Source: an uncultured Eubacteriales bacterium (GTDB taxonomy: Bacteria > Bacillota > Clostridia > Christensenellales > CAG-138). From it: a stretch of DNA of 64,000 bases. A program made the translations under genes and the position numbers. Below the pieces are notes generated by a model. That model had not been told where the DNA came from and did not search any database. It saw only the letters and a program-made list of their open reading frames with translations. Below, one piece after another: positions 42,908 to 53,423 of this stretch (position 1 is the first letter of the stretch; each line of letters starts with the position of its first letter). The stretch covers positions 305,627 to 369,626 of the forward strand of contig CADCJW010000002.1 in NCBI GenBank assembly GCA_902801845.1, given 5' to 3'.

Positions 42908-44473
42908 TCAATCCTCCACGTTGCGCAGGGACGGGTTGAAGGCGTCTCTGAGGCCGTTGCCGAACAGGTTGAATGAGATCATCAGCAGGGAGATGAACAG
43001 GGCCGGCAGGAGCATCAGGTGAGGATAGTTGGTCCAGATGGCGCTGGCGTCGGCCAACAAGGTACCCAAAGAGGTGGTCTTGGCCGAACCCAGCTTGACG
43101 ATGCCCAGATAGCTCAACATGCTCTCGCTGAAGATGACGCCCGGAATGATCAGGGCCGTCGAGGTGACGATGGTGCCCAAAGAGTTGGGGAAGATATGCT
43201 TCCAGATGAGGCGCGCGTCCCGGGCGCCCAGGGTGCGGGCCGCCAGGACGAACTCCTGCTTCTTGAAGCGGTAGAACTGGGTCCTGACCCGGTAGGCGAT
43301 GCCGATCCAGCCGTTCAGTATGTAGGCGAAGAGCAGGCACGGGATGGCGCCCACCTTGGCCGCCAGATGGATCTGAAAGAGGGTGGCCACGATGATGAAG
43401 GGCACGCCGCTCAGGATATCGGAAACGCGCTCCATGAGCAGGTCCACCCAGCCGCCGTAAAAGCCCTCCACGGCGCCGTAGGCCGCGCCGATGATGAAGT
43501 TGAGGACGGACACGGACACGGCCAGCAGCAGGCTCAGCCGAAGGCCGCCGGCGAGGCGCAGCATCAGATCGTAGCCCTGGCTATCGGTGCCGAAGTAGTA
43601 CCGGGGCTCGAAGCCGTTCTTGTAGATGTAGTAATGGCTGTAGAGGACCCGGATCTTATAGCCCGCCGTCTCCAAGGTGCCGCCGCCGGTGTACTCATAG
43701 TAGATGGGGTTGCCGTCGGCGTCCCGCTTGTAGTTGTCCTCCAGGACCATGCCGGGGGCATACTCCACGTTCTTGACCTTGCCCTTCTCGTTCAGGTAGA
43801 TGGGCTGATACTTCTTGGTCTTGTACCAGTTGTTGGCGTCCTTGGGGTCCACGTTGTAGCTGTTCTCCTCGACCAAGGGATAGAGGAGGTGCAGGCCCGT
43901 TTCCTTCTCCCATTCCTGCATGCGCTGGAGCTCGGACTGCTCGATGCTCTTGTAGAGGAAGCCAACCTCCGCATAGGAGTTGATGCGGGCGTGGTAGTAG
44001 GTCTTCTCCTTCTTGGACGCGTCCAGGATGGTATAGGGATCACTGATTTCCATCAACGGCTGCTGGATGCTGGCCATGCCCTCCTCCAGCGTGGCGCCAT
44101 GGGCGTCCCAGTCCTCGGCGCCGATGCCGATGGCGATCTTGGAGATGAGGCCCGGCTCGGAGAAGTCGCGGTCCACGCCGCCGTCCATGAAGCCGTCCTT
44201 GTTCAGGCCGTAGACGTAGGGTCCCTTCTTGGCGTAGTAGGTGTCCATGAAGCCGTTCTCGTTGTTGGTCAAAAACGGGGCAACCACGGAGAAGATGAAG
44301 ATGATCAGGATGATACAGGCGGCCGCCACGGAGGCCTTGTTCTTGCGGAAGCGGATCCAGGCATCCTTAAAGTAGCCGATGGGCTTGTCGTCAAACTTCA
44401 CGTCGGTAAGACGCTCGCCCATGTTGACGAAAGTAAACTGCTCGGGGCTGATTTTCTTATTCTTGTCTGCCAT
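42908..44473 (-). CDS. Opp/Dpp-type permease (OppC-like) with an extracytoplasmic insertion of about 210 aa after TM1
   Basis: 521 aa versus 311 aa for the paralog at 50871..51806. The BPD-transporter core sits in the C-terminal half. Confidence 0.8.
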   Translation of the reverse strand: MADKNKKISPEQFTFVNMGERLTDVKFDDKPIGYFKDAWIRFRKNKASVAAACIILIIFIFSVVAPFLTNNENGFMDTYYAKKGPYVYGLNKDGFMDGGVDRDFSEPGLISKIAIGIGAEDWDAHGATLEEGMASIQQPLMEISDPYTILDASKKEKTYYHARINSYAEVGFLYKSIEQSELQRMQEWEKETGLHLLYPLVEENSYNVDPKDANNWYKTKKYQPIYLNEKGKVKNVEYAPGMVLEDNYKRDADGNPIYYEYTGGGTLETAGYKIRVLYSHYYIYKNGFEPRYYFGTDSQGYDLMLRLAGGLRLSLLLAVSVSVLNFIIGAAYGAVEGFYGGWVDLLMERVSDILSGVPFIIVATLFQIHLAAKVGAIPCLLFAYILNGWIGIAYRVRTQFYRFKKQEFVLAARTLGARDARLIWKHIFPNSLGTIVTSTALIIPGVIFSESMLSYLGIVKLGSAKTTSLGTLLADASAIWTNYPHLMLLPALFISLLMISFNLFGNGLRDAFNPSLRNVED

Positions 44474-44474
44474 C

Positions 44475-45434
44475 TTACCGTTCCCCCATTCTGATGCGCG
44501 GATCGATGAATCCGTAGCTGAGGTCCAGCACGATACCGGCCAGCAGGCCGATGAAGGTGTAGAACACGCAGTCCATCATGAACACATCATAGTCGAACAG
44601 ATTCAGCGACCGAATGTACAGCTGGCCCACGCCGGGGATGGAGAATATCCGCTCGATGATCATGGAACCGGACAAAAGGCCGATGAACTCAGACAAAATG
44701 CTTGGCAGGATAGGCACCATGGCGTTCTTCAGCGCGTGACGGGCCGTGGCCTGGGGCCGGGTGAGACCCTTGGTGCGAGCCAGCAGCATATATTCACTGG
44801 TCAGCGACTCGGTGAGCTCCGCCCGAACGAATCGGGTGTAGCCCGCGATGGAGCCGAAGGAGAGGGCGATGACCGCCGGGATCATGCTGACGAACATCTT
44901 TCCCGTAAAGTAGGAACCGCCTGCATCCGCCAGGGAATACATGGTCAGCGGCAGCCAGCCCAATTTGAAATACAGGAAATACTGAACGAGGAAGGCGTAT
45001 ACATAGCTGGGCACGGAAATAAACACCATGACCAGGGTGCTGATCAGGGAGTCGTCCCATTTGTTTTTGCGGATGGCTGCGTAGACGCCCAGCGCGATGC
45101 CCACGGGCACCGAAAAGATCATAGAATACAGGTTGACCAGCAGCGTGGGCAAAAAACGGCTGGTGAGCACGTCCAGGGCCGGCTTGCGAGGCGCGATATA
45201 CCAGGAAGTGCCGAAATCCCACTTCGTAAAAATGTTTTTGAGGTAGATGCCATACTGGGTCAAAACGGGCTTTTTATAGCCCAGCGCTTCCCAGCGAGCC
45301 GCGATGGCCGCCGCCTGGGTCTTGTCCGTGGGCATCTCCCGCGGCAGGATATGCACCAGGATGAATGTCATTGTCACGATGATGAAGAGTGTAAACACCA
45401 TCAGGACAAGTCTTTTTATCACATATTTCAGCAC
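44475..45434 (-). CDS. Opp/Dpp-type permease (OppB-like)
   Basis: 319 aa. The MLKYVIKRL N-terminus is typical of OppB/DppB. Confidence 0.85.
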   Translation of the reverse strand: MLKYVIKRLVLMVFTLFIIVTMTFILVHILPREMPTDKTQAAAIAARWEALGYKKPVLTQYGIYLKNIFTKWDFGTSWYIAPRKPALDVLTSRFLPTLLVNLYSMIFSVPVGIALGVYAAIRKNKWDDSLISTLVMVFISVPSYVYAFLVQYFLYFKLGWLPLTMYSLADAGGSYFTGKMFVSMIPAVIALSFGSIAGYTRFVRAELTESLTSEYMLLARTKGLTRPQATARHALKNAMVPILPSILSEFIGLLSGSMIIERIFSIPGVGQLYIRSLNLFDYDVFMMDCVFYTFIGLLAGIVLDLSYGFIDPRIRMGER

Positions 45435-45520
45435 CGCTCTTGCTTCTCCTTTTCTCTGTTCACACGGGATGGAAGGATGACAGACGATCAGGGCAAGGAT
45501 ACCCCCTAAAATAACACATC

Positions 45521-45545
45521 CGCAGGGGGGAGAGCCCCCCCTGCG
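45521..45545 (-). terminator. Hairpin between the binding-protein and permease genes (likely partial terminator or mRNA stabiliser)
   Basis: CGCAGGGGGG-ctct-CCCCCCTGCG on the minus strand, followed by a weak T-tract. Confidence 0.5.
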
Positions 45546-45592
45546 AAGGTTGTCATTTCTCGTCGGGTTCGGCGGACCGACCCCTCAGAGCC

Positions 45593-48100
45593 TTATTCGT
45601 AGTTCAGCGCGCCGTTCTGGCTGGCGACGAACGCATCCCACTCGGCATCGTCGTAGTTGTACTTCATGAGCTCGAGACCGCCCCAACCGTAGGCCAGGTT
45701 GTAATCGGGGGTGTAGTAGTCGAGTTTGAAGGAGAGCATGGTGCAGGTGGTGGAGGTGGCCAGAGGAATACGATAGTACTTCTTCAGGTACTCGGTCTCC
45801 ATCTGAGAGGTGATCTGCAGCTTGAGCTTGTTGTCCTCAGCGGCGTACTCACCGGTACCGGTCATGGAGTTGGACCAGGCCTGCCAGGTCTTGGTGACTT
45901 CCTCACCGTTGACGGTCAGGGTCAGGGTCTCGGTGGCAGGATCCCAGCAACCGGCCTCGTGGATATCCACGTAGTCGGGGTCGCAGTAGACGCGGAAGTT
46001 ACGGAACGGATACAGAGCCGCACCGCCCCAGGCGCCGTAACCGATGGCGTACTCGCCCTTGGCCACGTCGCCGTACCGGTCATTGATGTTGCCCAGAGCT
46101 TCCAGGGTGACCTTGCCGAAGCCGGAACCTTCCACAGCGGCGTTGATGTACTTGTTCATCAGCTCCATCTGCTTGTTGTCGGCGGAATCCAGGGCGCCCT
46201 TCTTGTAACCGACGCGGATCTTGATCTCCTCGCCCTCTTTGTAGAGGCCGGCCTCGACCAGCTCCTTGCAGGCCTGAGCCATGAGCTCCTTGGCCTCGGT
46301 CAGGTTGTAACCGTTGATGGACTTATAGGCATCCTTCAGCGTGGCATAGGGGGTGCCCTCGCCATACTTCACCTCGTAGAGGTCGCAAACAGCCTGCATG
46401 GCCTCGTCGGAGGAACGGTAGGAGGACTCGGGGTTGTTGTAGAAGTCGTAGTAGTACTGGTCGTTCATCAGACCGAAGGAGGGCTTGTAGCCGGCGGTGG
46501 CGGTGACCCACTCAGCACGGTCGATGGCAAGGCTGAAGGCCTTACGGAAGTTCACGTTGGACATGACGACGGAGTTCACGTTGCCCTTGGAGTTATCCAT
46601 CTCCTGGAGGGCCTCCAGACCGGTGTTGAAGAAGAACGACATGGTGTAGGTCTCGTCGGCCTTGTACAGACGATCGGAAGCACCGTAGGTGGTCAGTTCC
46701 TCAGAGCTGGGCGCCCAGCTGACCAGCTCGCCCTTCAGGAAGGCCTGCTTGGCGGCATCGTCGTCCATGACGTTGATGACGATCTTGGTGGTCTGATAGC
46801 GCTGCACGTGCTCGCCGTCCACCAGGTAGGGGGTGTAGGACAGGAGCGCGCCGTTGGGCTGCTTCTCCCAGCCGTACCAGTTCTCGTTCTGGGTGAAAAC
46901 GATCTGCTTGTCCTCCTGGAGGGACTCCAGCTTGTACACGCCGTAGGACATGGTGTTCTCGGGAGCGGTACCGTAGTTGGTGGTCACCAGGGAGCCGGTG
47001 GTGTCCTTGCCAGCCTCATAGAGGGGCTCGTAGACCAACCAGGTGGAGGTGAAGGAAGTGAGGCCGTAGTAGTAGTCGATGGGGTTCTCCATCACGTAGT
47101 AGATGGTGTAATCATCGGTCTTGTACAGGCCAACCTTCTCAAAGGGCAGGGCCTCATAGGTGCCGGTCACCGCGAAGCAGAATTCCTTCCAGGCTTCGGG
47201 GTTGCTGTCACCGAAGTTGACGGCGATGGTGGTCAGATCAGCGATGATCTCGTCGGTCACGGGGACGTAGCCGGCGGTCTCGGTGAGCTTGGCGAACAGG
47301 TCGTTGCCCTCGGCATCCTTGTAGTAATCGGCATAGCCGGCTTCATAGTAGTCCTTCGCGGAGTTGGGGCTGAAGAACACGCTGGGCAGGGTCAGATCGA
47401 GGAAGTACTCCTCCACACCCTCGAGACCGGCGGCGTCGCCATAGATGGGCTGGCCGGCCAGGTCGGAGTTGTAGTACCCGTTGCCGCCGGCGATGGCGGA
47501 CTCACCGGAGTAGTACAGGTTGGCCCGGTAGTTCTTCATGGCGGGATCCAGCAGCTGCTTCATGGAGTAGATGTAGGAATCCGCATTGATGGGGGTGCCA
47601 TCCTGCCAGCAGGCCTTGGGGTTCAGCTTGATCTCGAAGACGTAGCCGGATTCGATGTCGGCCGCAGTCTTTCCCTCGGGAAGCTTCACCGGATACTTCT
47701 CCAGGTCTTCCTTATGGGTGGCGGTCACATCGTTGATCTCGGTGGCCATCTCATAAATCCACTGATAGATGCCATCCTCGGTGTTCTCCGCCTGCATGGT
47801 CACGAAAGGCATGGAGAGATAGCCAAGGATGGTATCGTCCGCGTTAGTCTCCCAGGTGTGGGGGTTCCAGTTGTTGCCCAGGCTGCTGGAGTAATCGTTC
47901 ATGGTATACTCCTTGGCGGGCTCCATGGGCTCTTCCGTGGCGGGAGCGGGCTCCTCCGTGGGCTTCTCTTCGGCCTTGGGGGCTTCCTCAGCCTTGGGAG
48001 CTTCTTCCGTCTTGGGTGCTTCGGTGGTCTTCTTGGAGCAGGCCACAGCCAGACCAAGGACCATCAGCAGAGCCAGCAGGATCGCTATTGTCTTTTTCAT
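45593..48100 (-). CDS. Family-5 (Opp/Dpp-type) substrate-binding lipoprotein, unusually long (835 aa)
   Basis: Start at ATG 48100 (RBS AGGAGGAAAG). Lipobox LGLAVAC, then an (EAPKA)n-like linker. Confidence 0.8.
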   Translation of the reverse strand: MKKTIAILLALLMVLGLAVACSKKTTEAPKTEEAPKAEEAPKAEEKPTEEPAPATEEPMEPAKEYTMNDYSSSLGNNWNPHTWETNADDTILGYLSMPFVTMQAENTEDGIYQWIYEMATEINDVTATHKEDLEKYPVKLPEGKTAADIESGYVFEIKLNPKACWQDGTPINADSYIYSMKQLLDPAMKNYRANLYYSGESAIAGGNGYYNSDLAGQPIYGDAAGLEGVEEYFLDLTLPSVFFSPNSAKDYYEAGYADYYKDAEGNDLFAKLTETAGYVPVTDEIIADLTTIAVNFGDSNPEAWKEFCFAVTGTYEALPFEKVGLYKTDDYTIYYVMENPIDYYYGLTSFTSTWLVYEPLYEAGKDTTGSLVTTNYGTAPENTMSYGVYKLESLQEDKQIVFTQNENWYGWEKQPNGALLSYTPYLVDGEHVQRYQTTKIVINVMDDDAAKQAFLKGELVSWAPSSEELTTYGASDRLYKADETYTMSFFFNTGLEALQEMDNSKGNVNSVVMSNVNFRKAFSLAIDRAEWVTATAGYKPSFGLMNDQYYYDFYNNPESSYRSSDEAMQAVCDLYEVKYGEGTPYATLKDAYKSINGYNLTEAKELMAQACKELVEAGLYKEGEEIKIRVGYKKGALDSADNKQMELMNKYINAAVEGSGFGKVTLEALGNINDRYGDVAKGEYAIGYGAWGGAALYPFRNFRVYCDPDYVDIHEAGCWDPATETLTLTVNGEEVTKTWQAWSNSMTGTGEYAAEDNKLKLQITSQMETEYLKKYYRIPLATSTTCTMLSFKLDYYTPDYNLAYGWGGLELMKYNYDDAEWDAFVASQNGALNYE

Positions 48101-48247
48101 CTTCTTTCCTCCTATGTTTATTTTTCTCCAAATGAGAAATTGAGTTCTTACAGTCTGTTTACGAACGACGGCCTTCATACGGCCTCCCTCACCCTGCATC
48201 GTGACCTTAAGGTGGCGAAAATATGGCCTTTATATGAATTGCCAATA

Positions 48248-48276
48248 ATTATACCATCCGTTCTTCCGGTTGTCAA
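48248..48276 (-). promoter_or_regulatory. Opp-1 operon promoter
   Basis: On the minus strand: TTGACA, 17-nt spacer, TATAAT, preceded by TGg. Confidence 0.65.
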
Positions 48277-48458
48277 ACCGAGGTCCCCAAAAGCGCCTAT
48301 ATATTTTCGGTATTTTGCTCCGGTTCCGTATCTTTTTTTGTTATTATGCAAAAATATCGTTTTTCATGCAGAGCTTGACCGTCTCCTACCGACGGTTGAC
48401 GGAAGGCTTCTTTGGTGATAGCATGGGGTTACACATATAAAGAAGAAGGGTGAACCCC

Positions 48459-48824
48459 ATGTTCAAGCGATTCAAAAACCTAAAGGCAAAGACTCTGCTC
48501 GTCCACCTCATCGTCACCCTGGCCTACCCCGCAGCCAAGGCGATCACCAGCGAGGATCATGGGCTGCTGGTCTTTTGCGACGTGCTCACCATCGTGGCGG
48601 GCGTCCTTTTGATCGCAGGCGTGGTCTACGGTTTGGCCATCCACGGGGACTTCGACGTCGCCGGCTACACCTTCCGGCGGGGTCTGCGCAACCAGCCAAA
48701 GCAGACCTATGACACCTACCGTAAAAATCTGAAAGAAAAAAGAGAGGATGCTTTCAACTATCCTCTCTTCCTTGGTCTCGTGTATATAGCGCTTTCGGCG
48801 TTCATCGCCTGGGTGCTGCTTTAG
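48459..48824 (+). CDS. DUF3899-like small membrane protein (second copy)
   Basis: About 121 aa, 4 TM, central basic loop YTFRRGLRN. The start is uncertain (GTG 48450 or ATG 48459). Confidence 0.5.
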   Translation: MFKRFKNLKAKTLLVHLIVTLAYPAAKAITSEDHGLLVFCDVLTIVAGVLLIAGVVYGLAIHGDFDVAGYTFRRGLRNQPKQTYDTYRKNLKEKREDAFNYPLFLGLVYIALSAFIAWVLL

Positions 48825-49795
48825 TTTTCCTTCAGTTCCTTCTCCATCTGAGCGATCTTCTCTTCATAGCCTGCAAACTCCTTCGTCGTGGCGTACACAA
48901 AGTGGCCAGGACGGATCTCCTTCATCGTACGCTTTTCGCCGGACTGATCCAGCTTGGAAGGATCGTAGACGATGGCGTGCCTGTCCCGCTCCACCACGGG
49001 GTCGGGCATGGGCACGGCGGAGAGCAGGGAGATGGTGTAGGGATGGAGCGGATACTTGAACAACGTCTCGGATTCCGCGATCTCCACGATCTCACCCAGA
49101 TGGATGACGGCGATACGGTCTGCGATGAACCGGACCACGGACAGATCGTGGGCGATGAACAGGTAGGTCAGATTCTTCTCAGCCTTTAGCTTGTTCATCA
49201 GGTTCAAAACCTGGGCCCGGATGGACACGTCCAAAGCGGAGATGGGCTCGTCGGCCACGATGAACTTGGGGTCCATGATCATGGCCCGGGCGATGCCCAC
49301 GCGCTGGCGCTGGCCGCCGGAAAACTCGTGGGGATACCGGGACTTATGCTCCGGCAGCAGACCCACGTCCTGCAGGGCCTTGTCCACCTTGGCGATCCGG
49401 TCCTCTTCATCCTTGTACAGATGGAAGTTGTACAGGCCCTCGGACACGCAGTACTCGATGGTGGCTCGCTCGTTCAGGGAGGCGGCGGGATCCTGGAAGA
49501 TCATCTGGATGTTCCGGACCACGTTGCGGTCCTCCTCCCGGCTGATCTTGCCGGAGATGCGCTTGCCCTCGAACTCGATCTCGCCCGCGCTGAGGGGGTT
49601 GATCCGGAGGATGGCCCGGCCCAGCGTGGTCTTGCCGGAACCGGACTCGCCCACCAGGGCGAAGGTCTCGCCCTTGTAGATGTCGAAGTTGGCGTCCTTC
49701 ACGGCCACGAACTTCTTCTTGTGGCCCTGATCGAAGGAGATGTCCACGTGCTTGATGGAGAGGATGACCTCCCGGTCAATGGAATTATTCGACAT
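48821..49795 (-). CDS. Opp/Dpp-type ABC ATPase (OppF-like), canonical length
   Basis: 324 aa with Walker A, signature and Walker B motifs present. Confidence 0.85.
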   Translation of the reverse strand: MSNNSIDREVILSIKHVDISFDQGHKKKFVAVKDANFDIYKGETFALVGESGSGKTTLGRAILRINPLSAGEIEFEGKRISGKISREEDRNVVRNIQMIFQDPAASLNERATIEYCVSEGLYNFHLYKDEEDRIAKVDKALQDVGLLPEHKSRYPHEFSGGQRQRVGIARAMIMDPKFIVADEPISALDVSIRAQVLNLMNKLKAEKNLTYLFIAHDLSVVRFIADRIAVIHLGEIVEIAESETLFKYPLHPYTISLLSAVPMPDPVVERDRHAIVYDPSKLDQSGEKRTMKEIRPGHFVYATTKEFAGYEEKIAQMEKELKEN

Positions 49796-50858
49796 GGAAC
49801 GACCCTCCCTTATCCGTCATCTTCTTGATCTTCTCATGCAGGTTTTGGATGGCCTCAGGCTTCTCCAACTTGGGGGCCCTGGGATCCAGCAGCCAGGTCT
49901 TGGCGAAATGGGTGTCGCTGACCTGGAAGAAGGGCGGCTCCTCCACGAAGTCGATCTTCAAGGCATGCTCGTTCCGGGGCGCAAAGGCGTCGCCCTTGAT
50001 CTTGTTGTACAGGGAGGGCGGCGTGCCGGTGATGTAGGCAAGGTCCTGACCCTTCACACCCAGCTGGGGCAGACTGGAAAGCAGCGCCCAGGTGTAGGGG
50101 TGACAGGGCTCGAAGAAGATCTCCTCCACCGTGCCGTACTCGATGATCTGGCCGCCGTACATGACGCCGACCCGGTCGGCCACGTTGGCCACCACGCCCA
50201 AGTCGTGGGTGATGTAAACGGTGGTGAAGCCCAACTCCTTCTGCAGATCCCGGATGAGCTTGATGATCTGAGCCTGGATGGTCACGTCCAGAGCCGTGGT
50301 GGGCTCGTCGCAGATCAAAATCTCCGGGTGGCAGCTGAGGGCGATGGCGATGACGATACGCTGCCGCATGCCGCCGGAGTACTGGAACGGGTACTCGTCG
50401 AAGCGGTTGGCGGCGTTGGGAATGCCCACGCGCTCCATGATCTCGATGGCCTGCTTTTTGGCCTCGCCCTTGGAGACGCCCTGATGCTTCTCGATGACCT
50501 CGGTGATCTGGGAGCCGATGGTCCGAATGGGGTTCAGGGAGGTCATGGGGTCCTGGAAGATCGTGGAGATCTTGGCGCCCCGGATGCCTTCCCAGTCCTT
50601 ATCGGTCTTGAGCTTGGTAAGGTCCTTTCCATGGAACATGACGGAGCCGTTGGAGATGGTGCCGTTGGACTCCAGCATGCCGGTGAAGGTCTTGGTGAAC
50701 ACGGATTTTCCGGAGCCGCTCTCGCCCACGATGGCGAAGGTCTCGCCCTCATAGAGGTCCAGCGACACGCCCCGGATTGCGGTCAGGTAGTTGTCCCTGA
50801 CCCGGAATTTCACTTCGATGTCCTTAGCGGACAGGATGATGTTGCGCTTTTCTTCCAT
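49785..50858 (-). CDS. Opp/Dpp-type ABC ATPase (OppD-like), canonical length
   Basis: 357 aa. [22 protein letters not shown]. Confidence 0.85.
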   Translation of the reverse strand: MEEKRNIILSAKDIEVKFRVRDNYLTAIRGVSLDLYEGETFAIVGESGSGKSVFTKTFTGMLESNGTISNGSVMFHGKDLTKLKTDKDWEGIRGAKISTIFQDPMTSLNPIRTIGSQITEVIEKHQGVSKGEAKKQAIEIMERVGIPNAANRFDEYPFQYSGGMRQRIVIAIALSCHPEILICDEPTTALDVTIQAQIIKLIRDLQKELGFTTVYITHDLGVVANVADRVGVMYGGQIIEYGTVEEIFFEPCHPYTWALLSSLPQLGVKGQDLAYITGTPPSLYNKIKGDAFAPRNEHALKIDFVEEPPFFQVSDTHFAKTWLLDPRAPKLEKPEAIQNLHEKIKKMTDKGGSFHVE

Positions 50859-50870
50859 GTTCGTCCCCCC

Positions 50871-51806
50871 TTACATATGCGTCCGCGGATCCGCGGCGTC
50901 GGCCAGTCTCTGGCCCACGATGTACAGGCTGATGGAGATGATGGCCAACACGCCCACGGGGATCCAGAACAGGTGCGGGTAGCCCCTCATGTAGGAGGTG
51001 TACAAGCTGATGGACTGGCCCAGAGAGGCGTTGGTGGTACCAAGGCCCAAACCCATGTAGGAAAGGAACACCTCGTAGGAAATGAGGTTCGGGATCATAC
51101 GGGCCACGTAGGTCATGATGACGGAGATCAGATAGGGAAGGATGTTCTTCGTGATCATGGTCATGGTCCGGGTACCCAGGCACTTGGAGGCCATGTTGTA
51201 CTCACGGTCCCGGATGATCATGACCTGGGTACGGATGAAGTAGGCCACGATCACCCACTCCGTACAGGTCATGGTGATGATCAGGGATTTCATGCCCGCG
51301 CCCAGCACGTAGCAGAGGATCATGGCGAGGAGTAGGAAGGGGATGTTGGCGACGATGTTGTACACCTCGATCATCCACTTATCCATCTTCTTGGAGAAGC
51401 CCCACACGGCGCCCACCAGGATGCCGATGATCATGTTGATGCCCGTACAGACGAAGGAGATAATGATGGAGTTCCTGGCGCCGGCCCACACCGCGTCGAA
51501 CACCTCGTTGCCCACGTGGTCCGTTCCGAAGATGTGCTCCTTGCAGGGCTTGAGGAACTTCAGCTCGGGACTGTTGATGTTGGGCGTGACGATGGGGCTG
51601 TAGCCCGAACGCATGGGCTGGATCAGGGCGAAGCACAGGATGAACAGCAGCAGGATGGCCACGGCCACCGTGAACTTGTTCCTGAAGAAGGTGCGGAACA
51701 CGGATTTCCAGTAGGAATACCGGGGTGCCGCGATGTGCTCCGACTCCATTTCGTCGAACTCTGCGAACGTAAAGAGGTCGTTCAGGTTTTTGTTTTCGTT
51801 TTCCAT
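50871..51806 (-). CDS. Opp/Dpp-type permease (OppC-like)
   Basis: 311 aa with a BPD transporter core. Confidence 0.85.
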   Translation of the reverse strand: MENENKNLNDLFTFAEFDEMESEHIAAPRYSYWKSVFRTFFRNKFTVAVAILLLFILCFALIQPMRSGYSPIVTPNINSPELKFLKPCKEHIFGTDHVGNEVFDAVWAGARNSIIISFVCTGINMIIGILVGAVWGFSKKMDKWMIEVYNIVANIPFLLLAMILCYVLGAGMKSLIITMTCTEWVIVAYFIRTQVMIIRDREYNMASKCLGTRTMTMITKNILPYLISVIMTYVARMIPNLISYEVFLSYMGLGLGTTNASLGQSISLYTSYMRGYPHLFWIPVGVLAIISISLYIVGQRLADAADPRTHM

Positions 51807-51809
51807 GAC

Positions 51810-53309
51810 TTAGGACCTCCCTGCTTTCTCGCTGAGCGAAATTCGAGGATCGACCTTGGTGATCAGGATGTCGCCGGCCAGCACCGACAGCACCGACACC
51901 GTGGAGAACATGAACGCCAGAGCGATGATCATCACGTTGTTGTACTGGTTGATGGCGCTGGGGAGCATCTTGCCCATGCCTCCCACAGAGTAGATAGCCT
52001 CGGTGATGATGGCGCCGGTGATGCAGCCGGCCAGGGAGGCCGGGATGCCGTGAGCGATGGGGATGATGGCGTTCTTAAAGATGTGGCCCCGGAAGATCTC
52101 ACCCTGGTTGAGGCCCTTGGCCTTGGCGAACTTCACATAGTCGGAGTTCATCTGGTCCACCACGTAGCGGCGGGTCCAGAGCATGAGGCCGGCGATGGAG
52201 GGCAGCGACAGGGAGATGACGGGCAGTATCCAGGAGCGGATGTCGCCCGGACCGTAGGTGGTGAACACGGTCGGCAGGTCGAACGCGCTGGTCATCAAAT
52301 ACCGGAACAGGTAGATGTAGGCCAGGGACGGCACGGCGATGATGAAGATGATGTACACCATGCCCAGCTTATCCGCCAGCTTATCCTTCCGCCGGGCCAT
52401 GAGCAGGCCGAAGGGCAGGCCGAGACCGTAGGCCAGGACCATGGCGAAGATACCCATGAGGAAGGACGTGCCGATCATGGAGGGCTGGTTCTTCTTGGTC
52501 TCGTAGGTGGCGTAATTGTCCACGAACTTCTTTTTATCCATCCGGTCCAGCTTTTCCTTATAGGTCAGGGTGCCGAAGATGATGCCGGACTCGGACTCGT
52601 AGCCCGTTTCAAAGGTGACGGGCCGCTTGACCTCCGTGCCCTGGGATTGGAACAGGACCCGAATGACCTCCATGCCCTGATAGGTGGGATAGGAGGTGCC
52701 GAAGTTCAGCTTGATGATGTTCTGGTGGATCCAGGGAAAATTGGTGTCGGTATACAGAAGATACTTGTGGGTGGTGCCGCTGCCGATCAGAGCCAGGCCG
52801 CCGGAGGGCGTCCGACCGAAGGACAGGCCCCGCTTGAGATCCGGGTTGTTCGGGTCCTTCACGGACATGGGCGTGTCGATCTTGATCAGCTGGCTGAGCC
52901 ACAGGGCCATCCGCTTGATGACGGGCACGTCCTTATAGGCATAGTAGCGACCGTTGCCCAGATAGGTCTCCACCGTATAGCCCTTGGACGTGTACAGGTC
53001 CACAAAGTCCTTGCTTTCTTTGGAATCCGGCTTGACCGCCTCGTTGATCTCGGGGCTGGCCGCCTCATAGAGGGTGAGGGCATAATCGTTGATCCGCACA
53101 TAGTCCAGATACCCCAGCTTCTGCCAGGTGGAATAGACGTATTCCGTTTTATCGTCGGACTTGCTGCTGAGCTTGCGGTAGGTGCTGTCCTCAAAAAAGA
53201 TGTTTTCACGGGGCACCAGCGTGTACACCATGGTGAACACGATGAGCATGATGATGAGAATGGAGAGGAGCGACCGAAGCAGTCGCTTCCAGAAATACCC
53301 TTTCGACAT
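51810..53309 (-). CDS. Opp/Dpp-type permease (OppB-like) with an insertion of about 180 aa after TM1
   Basis: 499 aa versus 319 aa for the paralog at 44475..45434. Confidence 0.8.
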   Translation of the reverse strand: MSKGYFWKRLLRSLLSILIIMLIVFTMVYTLVPRENIFFEDSTYRKLSSKSDDKTEYVYSTWQKLGYLDYVRINDYALTLYEAASPEINEAVKPDSKESKDFVDLYTSKGYTVETYLGNGRYYAYKDVPVIKRMALWLSQLIKIDTPMSVKDPNNPDLKRGLSFGRTPSGGLALIGSGTTHKYLLYTDTNFPWIHQNIIKLNFGTSYPTYQGMEVIRVLFQSQGTEVKRPVTFETGYESESGIIFGTLTYKEKLDRMDKKKFVDNYATYETKKNQPSMIGTSFLMGIFAMVLAYGLGLPFGLLMARRKDKLADKLGMVYIIFIIAVPSLAYIYLFRYLMTSAFDLPTVFTTYGPGDIRSWILPVISLSLPSIAGLMLWTRRYVVDQMNSDYVKFAKAKGLNQGEIFRGHIFKNAIIPIAHGIPASLAGCITGAIITEAIYSVGGMGKMLPSAINQYNNVMIIALAFMFSTVSVLSVLAGDILITKVDPRISLSEKAGRS

Positions 53310-53329
53310 TGGCAGGTACCGTCCTCTTG

Positions 53330-53378
53330 CTTTGAATAAAGAGGGAGCCAGAGAAAGATTTCCGTCTGGCTCCCTCCA
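53330..53378 (-). terminator. Hairpin between the binding-protein and permease genes of Opp-2
   Basis: GAGGGAGCCAGA...TCTGGCTCCCTC stem, followed on the minus strand by TTTATT. Confidence 0.55.
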
Positions 53379-53423
53379 GGGTTCAGTTAGTAACGGTCAG
53401 GCCCTGGGGCCGAGAGCAATTTC

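Noticed and set aside
45435-45480. A possible extra copy of the hairpin repeat flank (GCTTCTCCTTTTCTCTGTTCAC) upstream of oppB-1
   Set aside because: It has only compositional similarity and no inverted repeat. The purine-rich complement is simply the oppB RBS region.
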